DNA of 64,000 nt from contig OZ251227.1 in assembly GCA_965240325.2 (NCBI GenBank), positions 1,922,001 through 1,986,000 of the forward strand, given 5' to 3'. The DNA comes from Rebecca billardiae RCC1528 (taxonomy: Eukaryota; Protista; Haptophyta). Shown here in pieces: positions 11,555 to 22,052 of the stretch. The position numbers were made by a program, and so were the translations under genes. Each line of letters begins with the position of its first letter. Position 1 is the stretch's first letter. The notes beneath the pieces were generated by a model. The model was given only the letters and a program-made list of their open reading frames with translations. It was not told the origin of the DNA and did not search any database.

Positions 11555-13030
11555 TTATAATCCTATGCGCAAGACGCCGGAGGGCACGCGTTTCGTCGTC
11601 GTCCAGTGTACGGCACGCAGGGGCAGCAGCTGCGCCACGTGCTGTGGCGTCCTACGCGCTCCGCCTGGCTCACAGTCCATGCCGAGCCCAAGCGCGGCCG
11701 CTTGCGCACCGCATGAGAACACGCGAGCATCCGCCGTTGTGAAGAGAGCGTGGCTCCAGCTGAGCGCACAGTCGACCACACGTGTATGCACGAGTGCGCT
11801 CACCTGCTCGGGTAGCTTGCGCCGAGTGCAGCCCCCGAGGCCCAGGCGGCCATCCTCATTGCACCCAAACGTGTGCACGCTGCCGTCTGCACACACCACA
11901 GCGCTGGATGACACACTCGCGCTGGCGCGCACCGCTCGCAAGCCCCCGAGTGCTTTGATGCGCGCGGGCACGAATCTGTCAGCCCTGTCGCCGTGACCGA
12001 GCGCACCATCCTCGCCGGCGCCGAACGAGTGCACGCCACCCGTGGCGTCGACCACCAGGCTGTGTCCATCGCCAGCACTAACATGGACGGCGCGGACACA
12101 CCCGAGCGCCTCGATGCGTCGGGGCGCATGCAGGTGCTGCTCGTCGCCGTGTCCGAGCCCGCCGTCGTTGCAACTGCCACAGGAGAATACACCGCCGCAA
12201 GCCGAGAGCAGCAGCGTGTGCGCAGTGCCCGCAGCCACGCCGCCCACGCGCACGCTGTCCAGCGCCTCAACGCGCGACGGTGTTCGCCGCTCGTGGAAGT
12301 CGCCATGGCCGAGCTGGCCGCAGCTGTTGTCGCCCCAGCTGTACGCAGCGCCGGCAGCCGTGTACGCGAGACTGTAGTGCCTGCCGCTGGCGATGCCAAC
12401 GACGAGCTCGGCGACCAGCGCCTCCAGCCTCATGAACGCCCGTAGCTCAGCTGCGTCGCACACGCCAAGCTGGCCGTGTGCATTCTTGCCACACGCGTAT
12501 ACGGCGCCGGCCTCGCTGAGCGCGAGCAGGTGGGCACTTCCAGCAGCCAGCGCGCGGACGCGTACAGCCAAGAGCGAGCTGACACGCATCGGGACCAGCA
12601 CGTGGCAATCCCATCCGACATCGGGATGGCCCCAGGGCCTGCCACACGTGTGCACGCCACCGTCAGCATCGACAAACGCGCTGAAAATGCCCTCGCCCAG
12701 AAATACACCTTCTCCGCCAGCGGCGACGACGTGCGCGTGCGCGTGCGCCAGCTCGACGATATGTTCACGCGCGAATAACTCATCCGCCCACGTGCGCACA
12801 CCCGCGGGCAGGGCCGCCGGCAGCGCACGATCGTGCCCGCGCATGCGCGCGCGCTCGCGCAGGGCGTCCTCCAGCGGCGGCCCGCGGAAGAGACGCGCAG
12901 TGGCGCTGGCGGCGGCGAGGTCATGCGTGCCATCGAGATAGATGAGGATGCGCGCGATCAGCTCGGCTGGCAATTCGGGCAGGCCCCCAGCCGCCGCTTC
13001 CGACGATCGAGTTGCCGATGTCGGCGTCAT
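11555..13030 (-). CDS. F-box + RCC1 repeat (beta-propeller) protein
   Basis: LPELPAELIARILIYL F-box-like motif; repeated AG..H.L.....G.VY..G.N..GQLG units. Start at ATG 13030; the ORF-track extension runs into the foldback repeat. Confidence 0.9.
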   Translation of the reverse strand: MTPTSATRSSEAAAGGLPELPAELIARILIYLDGTHDLAAASATARLFRGPPLEDALRERARMRGHDRALPAALPAGVRTWADELFAREHIVELAHAHAHVVAAGGEGVFLGEGIFSAFVDADGGVHTCGRPWGHPDVGWDCHVLVPMRVSSLLAVRVRALAAGSAHLLALSEAGAVYACGKNAHGQLGVCDAAELRAFMRLEALVAELVVGIASGRHYSLAYTAAGAAYSWGDNSCGQLGHGDFHERRTPSRVEALDSVRVGGVAAGTAHTLLLSACGGVFSCGSCNDGGLGHGDEQHLHAPRRIEALGCVRAVHVSAGDGHSLVVDATGGVHSFGAGEDGALGHGDRADRFVPARIKALGGLRAVRASASVSSSAVVCADGSVHTFGCNEDGRLGLGGCTRRKLPEQVSALVHTRVVDCALSWSHALFTTADARVFSCGAQAAALGLGMDCEPGGARRTPQHVAQLLPLRAVHWTTTKRVPSGVLRIGL

Positions 13031-13137
13031 CGACGATGGCGGCCGCGCGGTCGGTCCGCAAGCGGGAAGGGTGACGGTTGGCAGTGCAAGACCGCAAGAG
13101 CAGGAGCCAATAAATACCCTATTGACCAAGGGCGCGA

Positions 13138-13826
13138 GAGGGGGTCGCTCGCTAAGCCCCACCCGCTCCGGCCAGCATGGCTGCCTGGCCGGCGGCGGCG
13201 TGTTCAAGCGAGCCGTAGGCCGGGAATCCACGCGCTGGCGGTGCGGTTTTGGCGGCGCAGGTGGCCTCGCAGGTCGCCTGCAGGTATGCTCAGAGCCTTA
13301 GGACAGCTTGGTGGCCCGCAAGCCCGGCTCCTTGTCGCTGCTTGCCGACTGCAAGCGATCACGCGTCGACCGTGCGGTCCCGCGTTGCACGCGGCCCAAC
13401 GTAGGGTGCTGCACATGCCAGCAGATGGTTAAGGGGGGTCGCCCGCCACGCAGACGTCCTCGGAGAGGACGTCGACCCCCGTGCGTCGCCTTGATTGGGC
13501 GTTGTCCCGCAAGGAGTCGCTGAAGGCCTGCTGCCCAGAGAGACACGGACAATGTGCAGTTCTAGCCCAAAAGTCGATATAACATTTTGAAATGCCTATG
13601 GTTGTTCGTATGTCATTGCATTGGGAAGCACGCAAGCCTGGGCTGGAGAGGTCGGGATCGAGACGACGCACGGGGGTCGACGTCCTCTCCGAGGACGTCT
13701 GCGTGGCGGGCGACCCCCCTTCACCATCTGCTAGCATGTGCAGCACCCTACGTTGGGCCGCGTGCACGCGGGATTGCACGGTCGACGCGTGATCGCGGGC
13801 GGGGGGGCTTAGCGAGCGACCCCCTC
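13138..13826. repeat. Foldback / MITE-like structure with nested inverted repeats
   Basis: 23-bp IR gagggggtcgctcgctaagcccc (13138-13160 vs 13804-13826); ~135-bp IR (~13355-13488 vs ~13664-13797); no TSD seen. Confidence 0.78.
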
Positions 13827-14281
13827 GGTACGTACGGACGAACCAGTGCCGTTTGTTCGTGTGACAAGGGGAGCGCTGCAGCCGCTGCTGAAGACTTGGG
13901 ACGTCCGCCGTCCGCCGCCGTCATTCGTATCGTCATTCCTTTGCCATCAATAACATTCGTAGCCTGCTGATGAATCACTGACCAAGTCTGTTGACTGTTC
14001 ATTGTCCACTGTGCTGACAGCTGAGTCAGTCACTTCGGAGTGCCCCGGCGGCGGACGGTCACGGGTGGCAGAGTGCCCGGGGATGGGCATGGACTTGTCA
14101 TGACCTTGGCCGTGACTCTGCCGACTCTGACTCTGTCGACTCAGCCTCCGAAAGGCTCCGCGCACAGAGACCGTCGACCGCCGAACTCGAAGCCGGCGTG
14201 GACTTTGCTTAGCACGCATGCGTAGCATCGCCGCGACGCAGCACGTCCTCGGTCCGTTTGCACGGGCACTGAGTTCATCCG

Positions 14282-14587
14282 TCACCTCAGGCATTGTGCG
14301 CTTTGACGTGCGATCTCCGCCCGAATGCGCGTGAGCGAGTCCACGACTTCTTGTGACGCAGCGAGCTGGACAGCCTCATTGTCAAACGCCGCATCCGCTG
14401 AGGAGCCCTCGAGCGCGCGCTGTTGTTGCGCGAGCATGCGCTTGCACTCAACGATCACGGGCACGGAGCGCTCCACGTGCTCCATGACGTAATACGCGCC
14501 GAGCGCTGGTTCGTTCGCGAGCATGTGCGTGCACTCGCTCGCAAGCTGAGCGGTCTTCGCCACCTGCGACTTCGGCTGCGAGTTCAT
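14282..14587 (-). CDS. BORCS8: BORC complex subunit 8 (BORCS8/MEF2BNB)-like protein
   Basis: 101 aa; MLANEPALGAYYVMEHVERSVP matches the recalled family signature LANEPS..LY..QEHVR.S.P. Confidence 0.8.
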   Translation of the reverse strand: MNSQPKSQVAKTAQLASECTHMLANEPALGAYYVMEHVERSVPVIVECKRMLAQQQRALEGSSADAAFDNEAVQLAASQEVVDSLTRIRAEIARQSAQCLR

Positions 14588-14711
14588 TTCGGGGCGGCAT
14601 CGTTTTGCCGGTCGCAGATTTATTTATCGTGATCATCATTATTTTCCGGTGGCAACTGGCGACAGGAAAAGAAATCCAGCAGAGATCTCGGGGACGACGT
14701 CGACGCGCAAG

Positions 14712-14828
14712 ATGGAGCCCGAGCTGCACGCGGCCACGGCCGACCGGAACACGAAATTCGCCATCTTCTTTGGCTTCTGCCTGGCCATCCGCCTCGTTCC
14801 TCCCGCCCTCCGGAAGGCCGGCTTTTGA
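14712..14828 (+). CDS. 38-aa tail-anchored micropeptide, TOM5-like
   Basis: Manual translation MEPELHAATADRNTKFAIFFGFCLAIRLVPPALRKAGF*; TM segment with R..P and a basic tail; divergent from BORCS8 across 124 bp. Confidence 0.6.
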   Translation: MEPELHAATADRNTKFAIFFGFCLAIRLVPPALRKAGF

Positions 14829-15664
14829 CCATCGGCGTCTGCTACATTTCGAGCTGCGGCGCGCATGCGCGCGTGCACATGTTTCGGCTACTCTTCCCGC
14901 CTTCGTGCATAGCAAATGGTCGTCGTCCGCCTGCCTGAGCGGTGGTGGTCCGTGCGCGAGTGAAAAGGACGACAAGCAGCTTGCCCGGCCGTTGGCACCC
15001 CGTTGAGATGACACCTGCTGGGAGCGCAGCTCCGCCGCGGCACAACGCCCTGCAATGTTGACGGCGTCGTCGGGGCATGGGCTGGCGCAGCCGCAGCCGC
15101 AGCCGGACGCAGGCCTGGCACCCAGTGCGGGCGCTATGCACGTACTGTGGCAAGTGCACACCGCAGAAATCGCACCGCGCAGGCGGTCGCGGCACGGTGC
15201 CACGAGGCACGACGGCGTCGCCGTCGGTCCATCACTATGCGCCCGGGTATAGAGTTATTACTCAGTTAACGACGGGATTTAAAATTATAAATACGTCACA
15301 GTCTTGCACTCAATGCTGATTCTGAGCTGACAGTATGAATCATGGTGCCAAACTTGATGCGGCATGTGATGAAGGCGTCTGACGATGAGACGATGTTGAT
15401 GATGATGACGATGTAAGATCAAGATGTTCGGATTGAGAGGTCAGTGGTTGAGAGCGCACCGCGACGCGCGAGTGCTGGCTTGTCGACGCGCCGCCTCTGC
15501 GTGACGCACTTCTTCTCCCGGCCGCGCGCCAGGCCAGGCGTCCTACCAGCGGTCAGGGCCGTGTCGTTCGTGCGGGCGGAGGCTGAGGCTCTTGATGACG
15601 ACAGACGGCATACTGCAGCGCGCGCGCACGCCTCTCGCGCGCCGGCGGCCTGGGCGCGCCGCCC

Positions 15665-18544
15665 CTACCCACCGCTCGCGTGCAGCCGCGCGCGCGCCTC
15701 CTGACGCTTCTTGATGCGCTCCTCGCGGCTCTGCCACTCGTTGATCTGCGCGAGCGCGCGCGCCGACCAGAGGCCACGCGTGTGAGCCGCACGCCGCCGC
15801 GCGTGAGCGCACGCGGCAGGGCACGTCCGCGCGCGCTCGGTTGCGCGGGCGCGGGCGCGAGCGCGCGGCCGCCGCGGCGCGGGCGCACCTCGGGCAACGG
15901 CGGGTAGCGCCTCGCCGAGAAGTTGGTCGCGTCCGCGAAGAAGGGCTTGGCGTAGGTGATGTACAGCACGGGCCTGGGCTCCGTCGACGAGTTCGCGAGG
16001 CCGCGGTGCTTCAGCCGGTAGTCGAAGGCTATGTACCCTCCGGCACCCACGGTGGGCGCGCACGGCTTGGCCGAGACGCTCCATGCGGCGTGCGAGCGCG
16101 GCACGAACTCGGTCGGCCCGTTGGCGGCGGTGAGCGGGACAAGCGGGACGAACACGTTGATGCAGTGCGGCGCAAAGTGGCGCAGCTCGGACAGGTGGTC
16201 CCCGTCCGAGTGCCACGGCTGCACCGCCGAGCCTGCGCCCAACCGCCGCGGCGCGCGCGCACGCACGGTGGCGGGTCGGGGCGGCGGCGCGCTCAGCTGT
16301 GTGCGCGCGAGGGAGTGCAGGCGGTTGCGAGTGGTTGCGCGGAGCCGCGCCAGCGGGGCGCGCGCGCGCGCGTCTCGCGCGGCGCGCACCCGGCATCGAG
16401 AGCATGCACCCGCAGTGCACGAGCTGCGCGTCCGCGCCGAGCGCCGCTCTCACGAGCTCCATCCACGGCGCGTCTCTAGCGGCGCAGCGCAGCGAGCGCT
16501 CGTGCAGCTCGGGCACTTGCACGTCGAAGCGGCCGTGGTGCCGCAGCTTGAGCTCGAGGAAGCCGCGCGAGGAGAGGTCCTCGGCGAGGTCGAGCGCGTT
16601 CACCACGCGCAGCGCGTGCGTGTACCGCGCCATCACCGCCTCCGCGCACCGCGCCACCTGCACCTCGCTCAGCGCGCGCTCGCACGTGACGTAACCGACT
16701 TGAAACAGCTCACGCGTGCGCCGCTGCGCCTCGGCCGAAAAGAGAGCGTGGCGCGCGGGCGCGGGCGCGCGCGGCGGCGGCGAGGCGCAGAGCAGCGCGG
16801 CCGAGGCGGAGGAGGGCTTGGCGCGCGGGCGCCCCGCCGCGCCGCCCGCCGCGCCCCCCGCCGCGCCGGCCGCGGGCGCGCAGCGCGCGCACACCAGCCC
16901 GGCCGCGGGCGCGTGAGGCAGCGGAGGATGGCAGCACCCCAGGTGCACCCAGCCTGCGCAGCGGGCGCAGTGCGCGCCCTCGCGCCGCTCGCAGCCGAGG
17001 CAGAGGATGCACCGCTCCGCCGGGCCCGCGCGCGCGGCGGCGCGCGCCTCCGCGGCGCGCGCGGCCACGTCGGCGCTGGGCGGCGGCAGCACGGGAGCGC
17101 TCGCCGCCGGCTGCGCGCGCGGCGCGCACGGAGCCGCCTCCTGCAGCGCCTGAGCCTTGCTGCTGCCGCCTTCGCGCGCGCTGTCGCCTGCCTTGGCCGA
17201 CGGCGCCGCGGCGACGCGCGCGCGCAGGTCGGCCTTGCGCGCCTCGGGCAGCTCGAGCCACGCGTTCGCCAGGTGCTTGCGCAGCTCCTCCCCGCCCAGC
17301 GGCTTGCGCGGGTCGGCGCCGTCCGCGCCGCCGCCGTCCGCGCCGCCGCCGTCCGCGCCGCCGCCGTCCGCGCCGCCGCCGTCCGCGTCGCCACCCGCCT
17401 GCGCGCCGCCGCCCGCCGCCGAGGGCAGCCCGGCACGCTCGCGCGCGCGCACTCTCGCCGTCTCCTCGCGGTAGAAGAGGGCGCGCGCGTGCCGCGTCTG
17501 CTGCCAGTGGGGCATGCCGTCGCCGCCCGCGCCGGGCTCGGCCTTGGGCTGCGCCGGCCCGCCCGGCTGCGGCGCGGCCGGCTGCGCGGCTGCGGGCGAG
17601 CGCGCCGCAGCGTTGCGCGCCGCCTCGAACAGCGCGGAGGTGGCGGCGGCGAGCGCGGGGTCGGCCGCGGCGAAGGGCGGGCCCGCGGCGTTCGAGCCGC
17701 CTCGCCGCCCGCCGCCGCGCTGCGCGCCCTTCTTCTCGCGCGGCTTGGCGCCGGGCGCGTCGGCGTCGGCGTCGGCGCCTCCACCCGACGGCGGCGCGGC
17801 GCATGCGGCCGCGGCGGCCGCGCCGCGCGGCGGCAAGTGGGGCGTGAGGAGGCTGAGCCGGCGGAGGGCGGCGTCGCGCTCCTTGGCACGCTTCTCCAAA
17901 GCCGCGCTCCGCGCGCCCTTCGCGTCGGCCGCCGCCTCCGCCGCCAGCGCCTCCGTCAGGATCGCCGCCTCGCCCGCGGCCAGCTTGCTCGCGAGCTCGG
18001 CGCGCTCGGACGCCGCCTGTGCGTCCTTCTCGCCGAGCGGGTGCGGGAGGGGCAGCAGGTGGGCGACGGCGGGGTCGGCCTCACGCTTGACGTACGCCGC
18101 CACCTGCTCGCGCGCCCACGCCGAGATGTCCAGACCCTTCATCGGCATCCAGCTCACGTCGTGCGGCCCTCCACGCCACTTGATCAGGTAGCACGCATCT
18201 GGGCCCGCGCCGTGCCGCTCGAGGACGCGCTCGATGATGCCCTTCTTGAGGCAGGCGGGGCAGAACCAGTCGGTCTCGGCGGGCATTCGCTCGAGCGCCG
18301 GGCGCAGGCACGCCCAGTGGAACACCTTCGTGCACCCCTCGCACACAATGTTGCGGTGGTCGGTGCACATCTGGCCGCACTTGCTGCACGGCGGGTCCCA
18401 GGACTCCTCGTCGTCGGAGGCGGCGGCGGATCCGGCGGCGCGCGTGTGACCGGCTGGTGCGTCGGTGGAGGCCGGCGCGTCGACCTCCGCCTCCGTCGTC
18501 GCGGGCTCCGCCACCGGCGCGCCCTCAACCTCGTCGTCGCCCAT
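15665..18544 (-). CDS. PHD + chromo + HMG-like + PHD + PhyH-type Fe(II)/2-oxoglutarate dioxygenase fusion (exons 18544-16390, 16232-15889, 15745-15665)
   Basis: C4HC3 PHD fingers; chromo-like IERVL..YLIKWRG..SW. Removing GT-AG introns 16389-16233 and 15888-15746 restores MPGSAVQPWHSD...INVFVPL...NGPTEFVPRSH...FDYRLKHRGLANSS..PRPVLYITY. Confidence 0.85.
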   Translation of the reverse strand: MGDDEVEGAPVAEPATTEAEVDAPASTDAPAGHTRAAGSAAASDDEESWDPPCSKCGQMCTDHRNIVCEGCTKVFHWACLRPALERMPAETDWFCPACLKKGIIERVLERHGAGPDACYLIKWRGGPHDVSWMPMKGLDISAWAREQVAAYVKREADPAVAHLLPLPHPLGEKDAQAASERAELASKLAAGEAAILTEALAAEAAADAKGARSAALEKRAKERDAALRRLSLLTPHLPPRGAAAAAACAAPPSGGGADADADAPGAKPREKKGAQRGGGRRGGSNAAGPPFAAADPALAAATSALFEAARNAAARSPAAAQPAAPQPGGPAQPKAEPGAGGDGMPHWQQTRHARALFYREETARVRARERAGLPSAAGGGAQAGGDADGGGADGGGADGGGADGGGADGADPRKPLGGEELRKHLANAWLELPEARKADLRARVAAAPSAKAGDSAREGGSSKAQALQEAAPCAPRAQPAASAPVLPPPSADVAARAAEARAAARAGPAERCILCLGCERREGAHCARCAGWVHLGCCHPPLPHAPAAGLVCARCAPAAGAAGGAAGGAAGRPRAKPSSASAALLCASPPPRAPAPARHALFSAEAQRRTRELFQVGYVTCERALSEVQVARCAEAVMARYTHALRVVNALDLAEDLSSRGFLELKLRHHGRFDVQVPELHERSLRCAARDAPWMELVRAALGADAQLVHCGCMLSMPGARRARRARARPAGAAPRNHSQPPALPRAHTAERAAAPTRHRACARAAAVGRRLGGAAVALGRGPPVRAAPLCAALHQRVRPACPAHRRQRADRVRAALARRMERLGQAVRAHRGCRRVHSLRLPAEAPRPRELVDGAQARAVHHLRQALLRGRDQLLGEALPAVARGAPAPRRPRARARARATERARTCPAACAHARRRAAHTRGLWSARALAQINEWQSREERIKKRQEARARLHASGG

Positions 18545-18746
18545 GCGCGCGTGTTCTACTGGTCGGTCTCGCGGACCGAACGGAAAACGCTCACTTGTTC
18601 ACCTCCGTCCACCAATGATCTTTTTGCAGCTCGCAGGAATGATATCATATTGTTTTTCACTTTTTCCGCCTCGGTGGCGAGCGCCTGTCATTCATTGATG
18701 GTCCTTTCGATCGGTAAACTGCTGTAGTGTGATCCGCGTTTTGACG

Positions 18747-20051
18747 ATGCGGGCCGTCGTGATTGCGGCGATCTCGGCGCTGTGCAGCTGCGCGCTGCCG
18801 CCCGCGGGGGCTCACGTGCCGGCGCGTGGGCGGGACACGCCAGTACGCGCGACACCGCGCTCGCCGCGCGCGCGCGCCCGAGCTCGCACCTCCGACGAGG
18901 CGTGGATGCACCGTGCGGTCGAGCTCGCAGAGCGAGGGCGGCGCACGGCCGCGCCCAACCCGTGGGTGGGCTGCGTGGTCGTGGGCGCGGACGGCGAGAG
19001 CGTGCTGGCGGAGGGATACCACATCGCACCCGGCCGCCCGCACGCCGAGGCCGCCGCGCTCGCCGACGCGGCAGCGCGCGGCGTGTCCGCGCATGCGCTC
19101 GCGGGCGCCACTCTTTACTGCACGCTCGAGCCGTGCCACGCAGGCCCGGGCAAGCGCACGCCGCCGTGCGACGAGGCGATCGTGCGCGCCGGGATCAAGC
19201 GCGTCGTCGTCGCGCAGCAAGACCCGGACCCGCTCTTCGGCGGCGCGGGCCTCGCCACGCTGCGCGCGGCGGGCATCGACGTGTGCGTGGGCGCGGGCGC
19301 GGCCGCGGCCGCCGCGTCGCTGGAGCCGTACCTGCACCAGCGCCGGACGCGGCGGCCGTTCTGCGTGGTGAAGACGGCCGTGAGCATCGACGGCGCGATC
19401 GGCTGCGCGGACGGCTCGTCCCAGTGGATCACGGGCGAGGCGGCGCGCGCGGACGCGCACGAGCTGCGCGCGCTCTCACACGCGATCGTTGTCGGCTCAG
19501 GCACGGCGCTGCGCGACAGGCCGAGGCTCAACGTGCGCGCGCAGGGGGCGGCGTGGGCGGCGCGCGGCGCGGAGGGAGCCGACGCGCCGCCGCCGCTGCG
19601 CGTGCTGCTCGACGCGCGCGGGCGCGTGCGCGAGGGCCCGCTGCTCGACCCCAGCATCGGCCCCACGCTCGTCTTCACCTCGGCGGCGTGCGACCCGGCC
19701 GCGCTGAGCGCGTGGGCGGCGGCCGGTGTGCAGTCGCAGGTGGTGGCGGCGGACGAGGCGCGCGGCGGGCTGGAGCTGGGCGCGGTGCTCGACGCGCTGG
19801 GCGAGCGGCGCATCATCCAGGTGATGTTCGAGGGCGGGCCCACGCTGCACAGCCGGCTGCTCGAGGCCGGCCTCGCCGACCGCCTCCAGCTGTACGTAGG
19901 GAACTGCCTGCTCGGCGCCGGCTCGCAGCCGTGGCTGAGCGCACCGATCGCGCGCACGATCGCTGACAAGCAGCTGTGGTCGCTGCGCGACGTGCGCAGG
20001 CTCGGGCAGGACGTGCGCCTGGTGTACGGGCGTGCCACGGGCGACGCGTGA
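18747..20051 (+). CDS. ribD: Bifunctional riboflavin biosynthesis deaminase/reductase RibD with probable bipartite plastid-targeting presequence
   Basis: PNPWVGCVVV, HAE, TLEPC...TPPC zinc motifs; SIDG..SQWITG..AR, VGSGT..D.P.L, EGG reductase motifs; hydrophobic N-terminus followed by an Arg-rich segment. Confidence 0.95.
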   Translation: MRAVVIAAISALCSCALPPAGAHVPARGRDTPVRATPRSPRARARARTSDEAWMHRAVELAERGRRTAAPNPWVGCVVVGADGESVLAEGYHIAPGRPHAEAAALADAAARGVSAHALAGATLYCTLEPCHAGPGKRTPPCDEAIVRAGIKRVVVAQQDPDPLFGGAGLATLRAAGIDVCVGAGAAAAAASLEPYLHQRRTRRPFCVVKTAVSIDGAIGCADGSSQWITGEAARADAHELRALSHAIVVGSGTALRDRPRLNVRAQGAAWAARGAEGADAPPPLRVLLDARGRVREGPLLDPSIGPTLVFTSAACDPAALSAWAAAGVQSQVVAADEARGGLELGAVLDALGERRIIQVMFEGGPTLHSRLLEAGLADRLQLYVGNCLLGAGSQPWLSAPIARTIADKQLWSLRDVRRLGQDVRLVYGRATGDA

Positions 20052-20775
20052 CGCGCGGGAGGCAGCGCGCTGGCTCAGGCTGCAGGTCCACGCACCGTGA
20101 AGCGTGATGCCGCCGCGGCGATTGGCACCGCAGCCCGTCTCGGCAGCATCAGGCGCAGGCAGCATGACTGCATGAGGCGCGGGCAGACGGTCGCCACACT
20201 CGATCCGTTCGCTCATCAGTCATCAGGCCGACCGGCTTTCACTTCGGCAGCGGCCAGTGGCAGCAGCGGGTGGCGTAGCCCTTGCAGTTGCAGGCCAGAC
20301 TCTGACCAGATTCGGAGACGGCTGATCGAACGACAGTCTGAGCCACTCACCGACACCGAGCAGGCGGCATGCGGATGACTCATGATGAGTGACTACTGAC
20401 AGTATGCACGCTAGTGCTGACCGCGCGCCGCCCCGCCGCCGAGCGCGCGGCCGCCGGGCCGATCCGGGGACCGCGTAATCCCGTACAATGACAAAGTGAC
20501 ATCATACTCTCCGCGCCGCCGCAGATCATAGTTACCGGCCGTCTCAGCGTGGCCGGGCCCGGAACAGCGCGCGCTTCCGCGCGTCCGCCGTAATAAATAA
20601 CAGAGGGCCGGGCGACGCCGTCTGCTCTCTCTCTCTCTCCGGTCTCTCTCGGACACTCTGCAGTGCCGAGCAGTGCGCGGCACTCGCGCGCCGTCATGGC
20701 ACATATCAGCCTGCAAGGCTGCCAACGCCGACTCTATCGTTCACAAGCAGTCTCAGACCCGCCTCCTAATGGCCA

Positions 20776-21579
20776 TCACCACATCAGGTACGACCTGCTG
20801 TAGTGGTGTGGACCGTGCTGCCACCAAAATGGATGCGGATGCGGATGCGTCATCGGATGATGATGATGGTGATGATGCGGATGATGATGATGCTGCTGGT
20901 ACAGTCGTGCTGGCGCAGCAGCGCTGGCGTCGATGCTTGCTGCTGGTCCTTGGTCGTGGCTGACAGGGGCAGCGCGGACTGCGTCATATGCACCATCATT
21001 GTCGTCCACCCCGCCATCAACCGAATAATGGATCGTGCCATCTTGCGAGCGCCAGCCGACGATTGTGACGGCGGACGGCGGCGGCGGTGGCGACAACGGT
21101 GGCGCGACGCGAGAGTCAGCGGCAGTGCGGCTGCTGTGCGTGCGCGGTCGCTTTGTGGCGCTCGTGTCCTGGTCGCCGGGGAGCCTGCGCTTGGGAATGG
21201 GCACCATCCCAGCCAGCTTGTGCAGACCGCACCGGCTGGCGCGCGCGTCGCCCGGCATGCCGAACGAACGACGCGTGGTGCAGCCCGCGTGATCACACTT
21301 GGGGCTCATCACGTCGATCATGCCGGCCAGCTTGTGCTCAGCGCACCGGCTGGCGCGTGCGTCGCCCAACATGCCGAACGAACAACGCTTGGTGCAGCCC
21401 GGATGATCACACTTGGGGTTCTTCACGTTGACCATGCCGGGTAGCTTATGCGCAGCGCACCGCCTAGCGCGCGAGCCGCCCGGCATGCCCAAGGAAGGCT
21501 GCTTGGTGCAACCGACGTGATCACACTTGGGGGTCACATCGAGCATGCCAGCCAGCTTGTGCGCCGGTGGCTTCGGCAA
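20776..21579 (-). CDS. EsV-1-7-type cysteine-rich repeat protein (5' end uncertain or truncated)
   Basis: About 3.3 copies of C.H.GCTK..SFGMPG..RA.RC..HKL.GM..V..PK (38 aa); ORF begins mid-repeat. Confidence 0.72.
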   Translation of the reverse strand: MPKPPAHKLAGMLDVTPKCDHVGCTKQPSLGMPGGSRARRCAAHKLPGMVNVKNPKCDHPGCTKRCSFGMLGDARASRCAEHKLAGMIDVMSPKCDHAGCTTRRSFGMPGDARASRCGLHKLAGMVPIPKRRLPGDQDTSATKRPRTHSSRTAADSRVAPPLSPPPPPSAVTIVGWRSQDGTIHYSVDGGVDDNDGAYDAVRAAPVSHDQGPAASIDASAAAPARLYQQHHHHPHHHHHHHPMTHPHPHPFWWQHGPHHYSRSYLMW

Positions 21580-22052
21580 TTGGAGTGGGGGTGGGTGCGG
21601 GGGGTGGGGGGGCGCGGGGCGCGAGCCAGCCGGGGGTGCCAGTTTTTAAGGACGTCTGTTTGCGCGAATATTCGAGAGCCTTATTTGAAAATACAGGTGC
21701 GCGTAAACTTGTTAAGTTGGTAGGCATGGGGGTATGATAGCAATCACGCCCTTATTCATCAGGGACGGGCGACGGGGTGAGTGGACCATTACTAGCGCTG
21801 GGCGGTAATGAATAATTATACTCGCGACGTAGCGGGGTAATTAGGAGGCGACGAGGCGTGGCCTACAGACACGGCACCGCTCGGGCGGGCCGGCTCCGGT
21901 TGATACGCCCGACGATTTGAGTGTCTCACATTACTCAGACGGTGCGCACCCCTCCGGGACTACCTACCTACCTACGGTGTACCTACCTACCGCCTTGCCC
22001 CTGGCCCCCTGCGCGCTTCAATACGCATTTGGATTTTGGAGCCCTTGCCGCA

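Noticed and set aside
16031-18727. 898-aa plus-strand ORF, and similar ORFs at 42285, 47621 and 60743
   Set aside because: Antisense shadows of real GC3-rich genes
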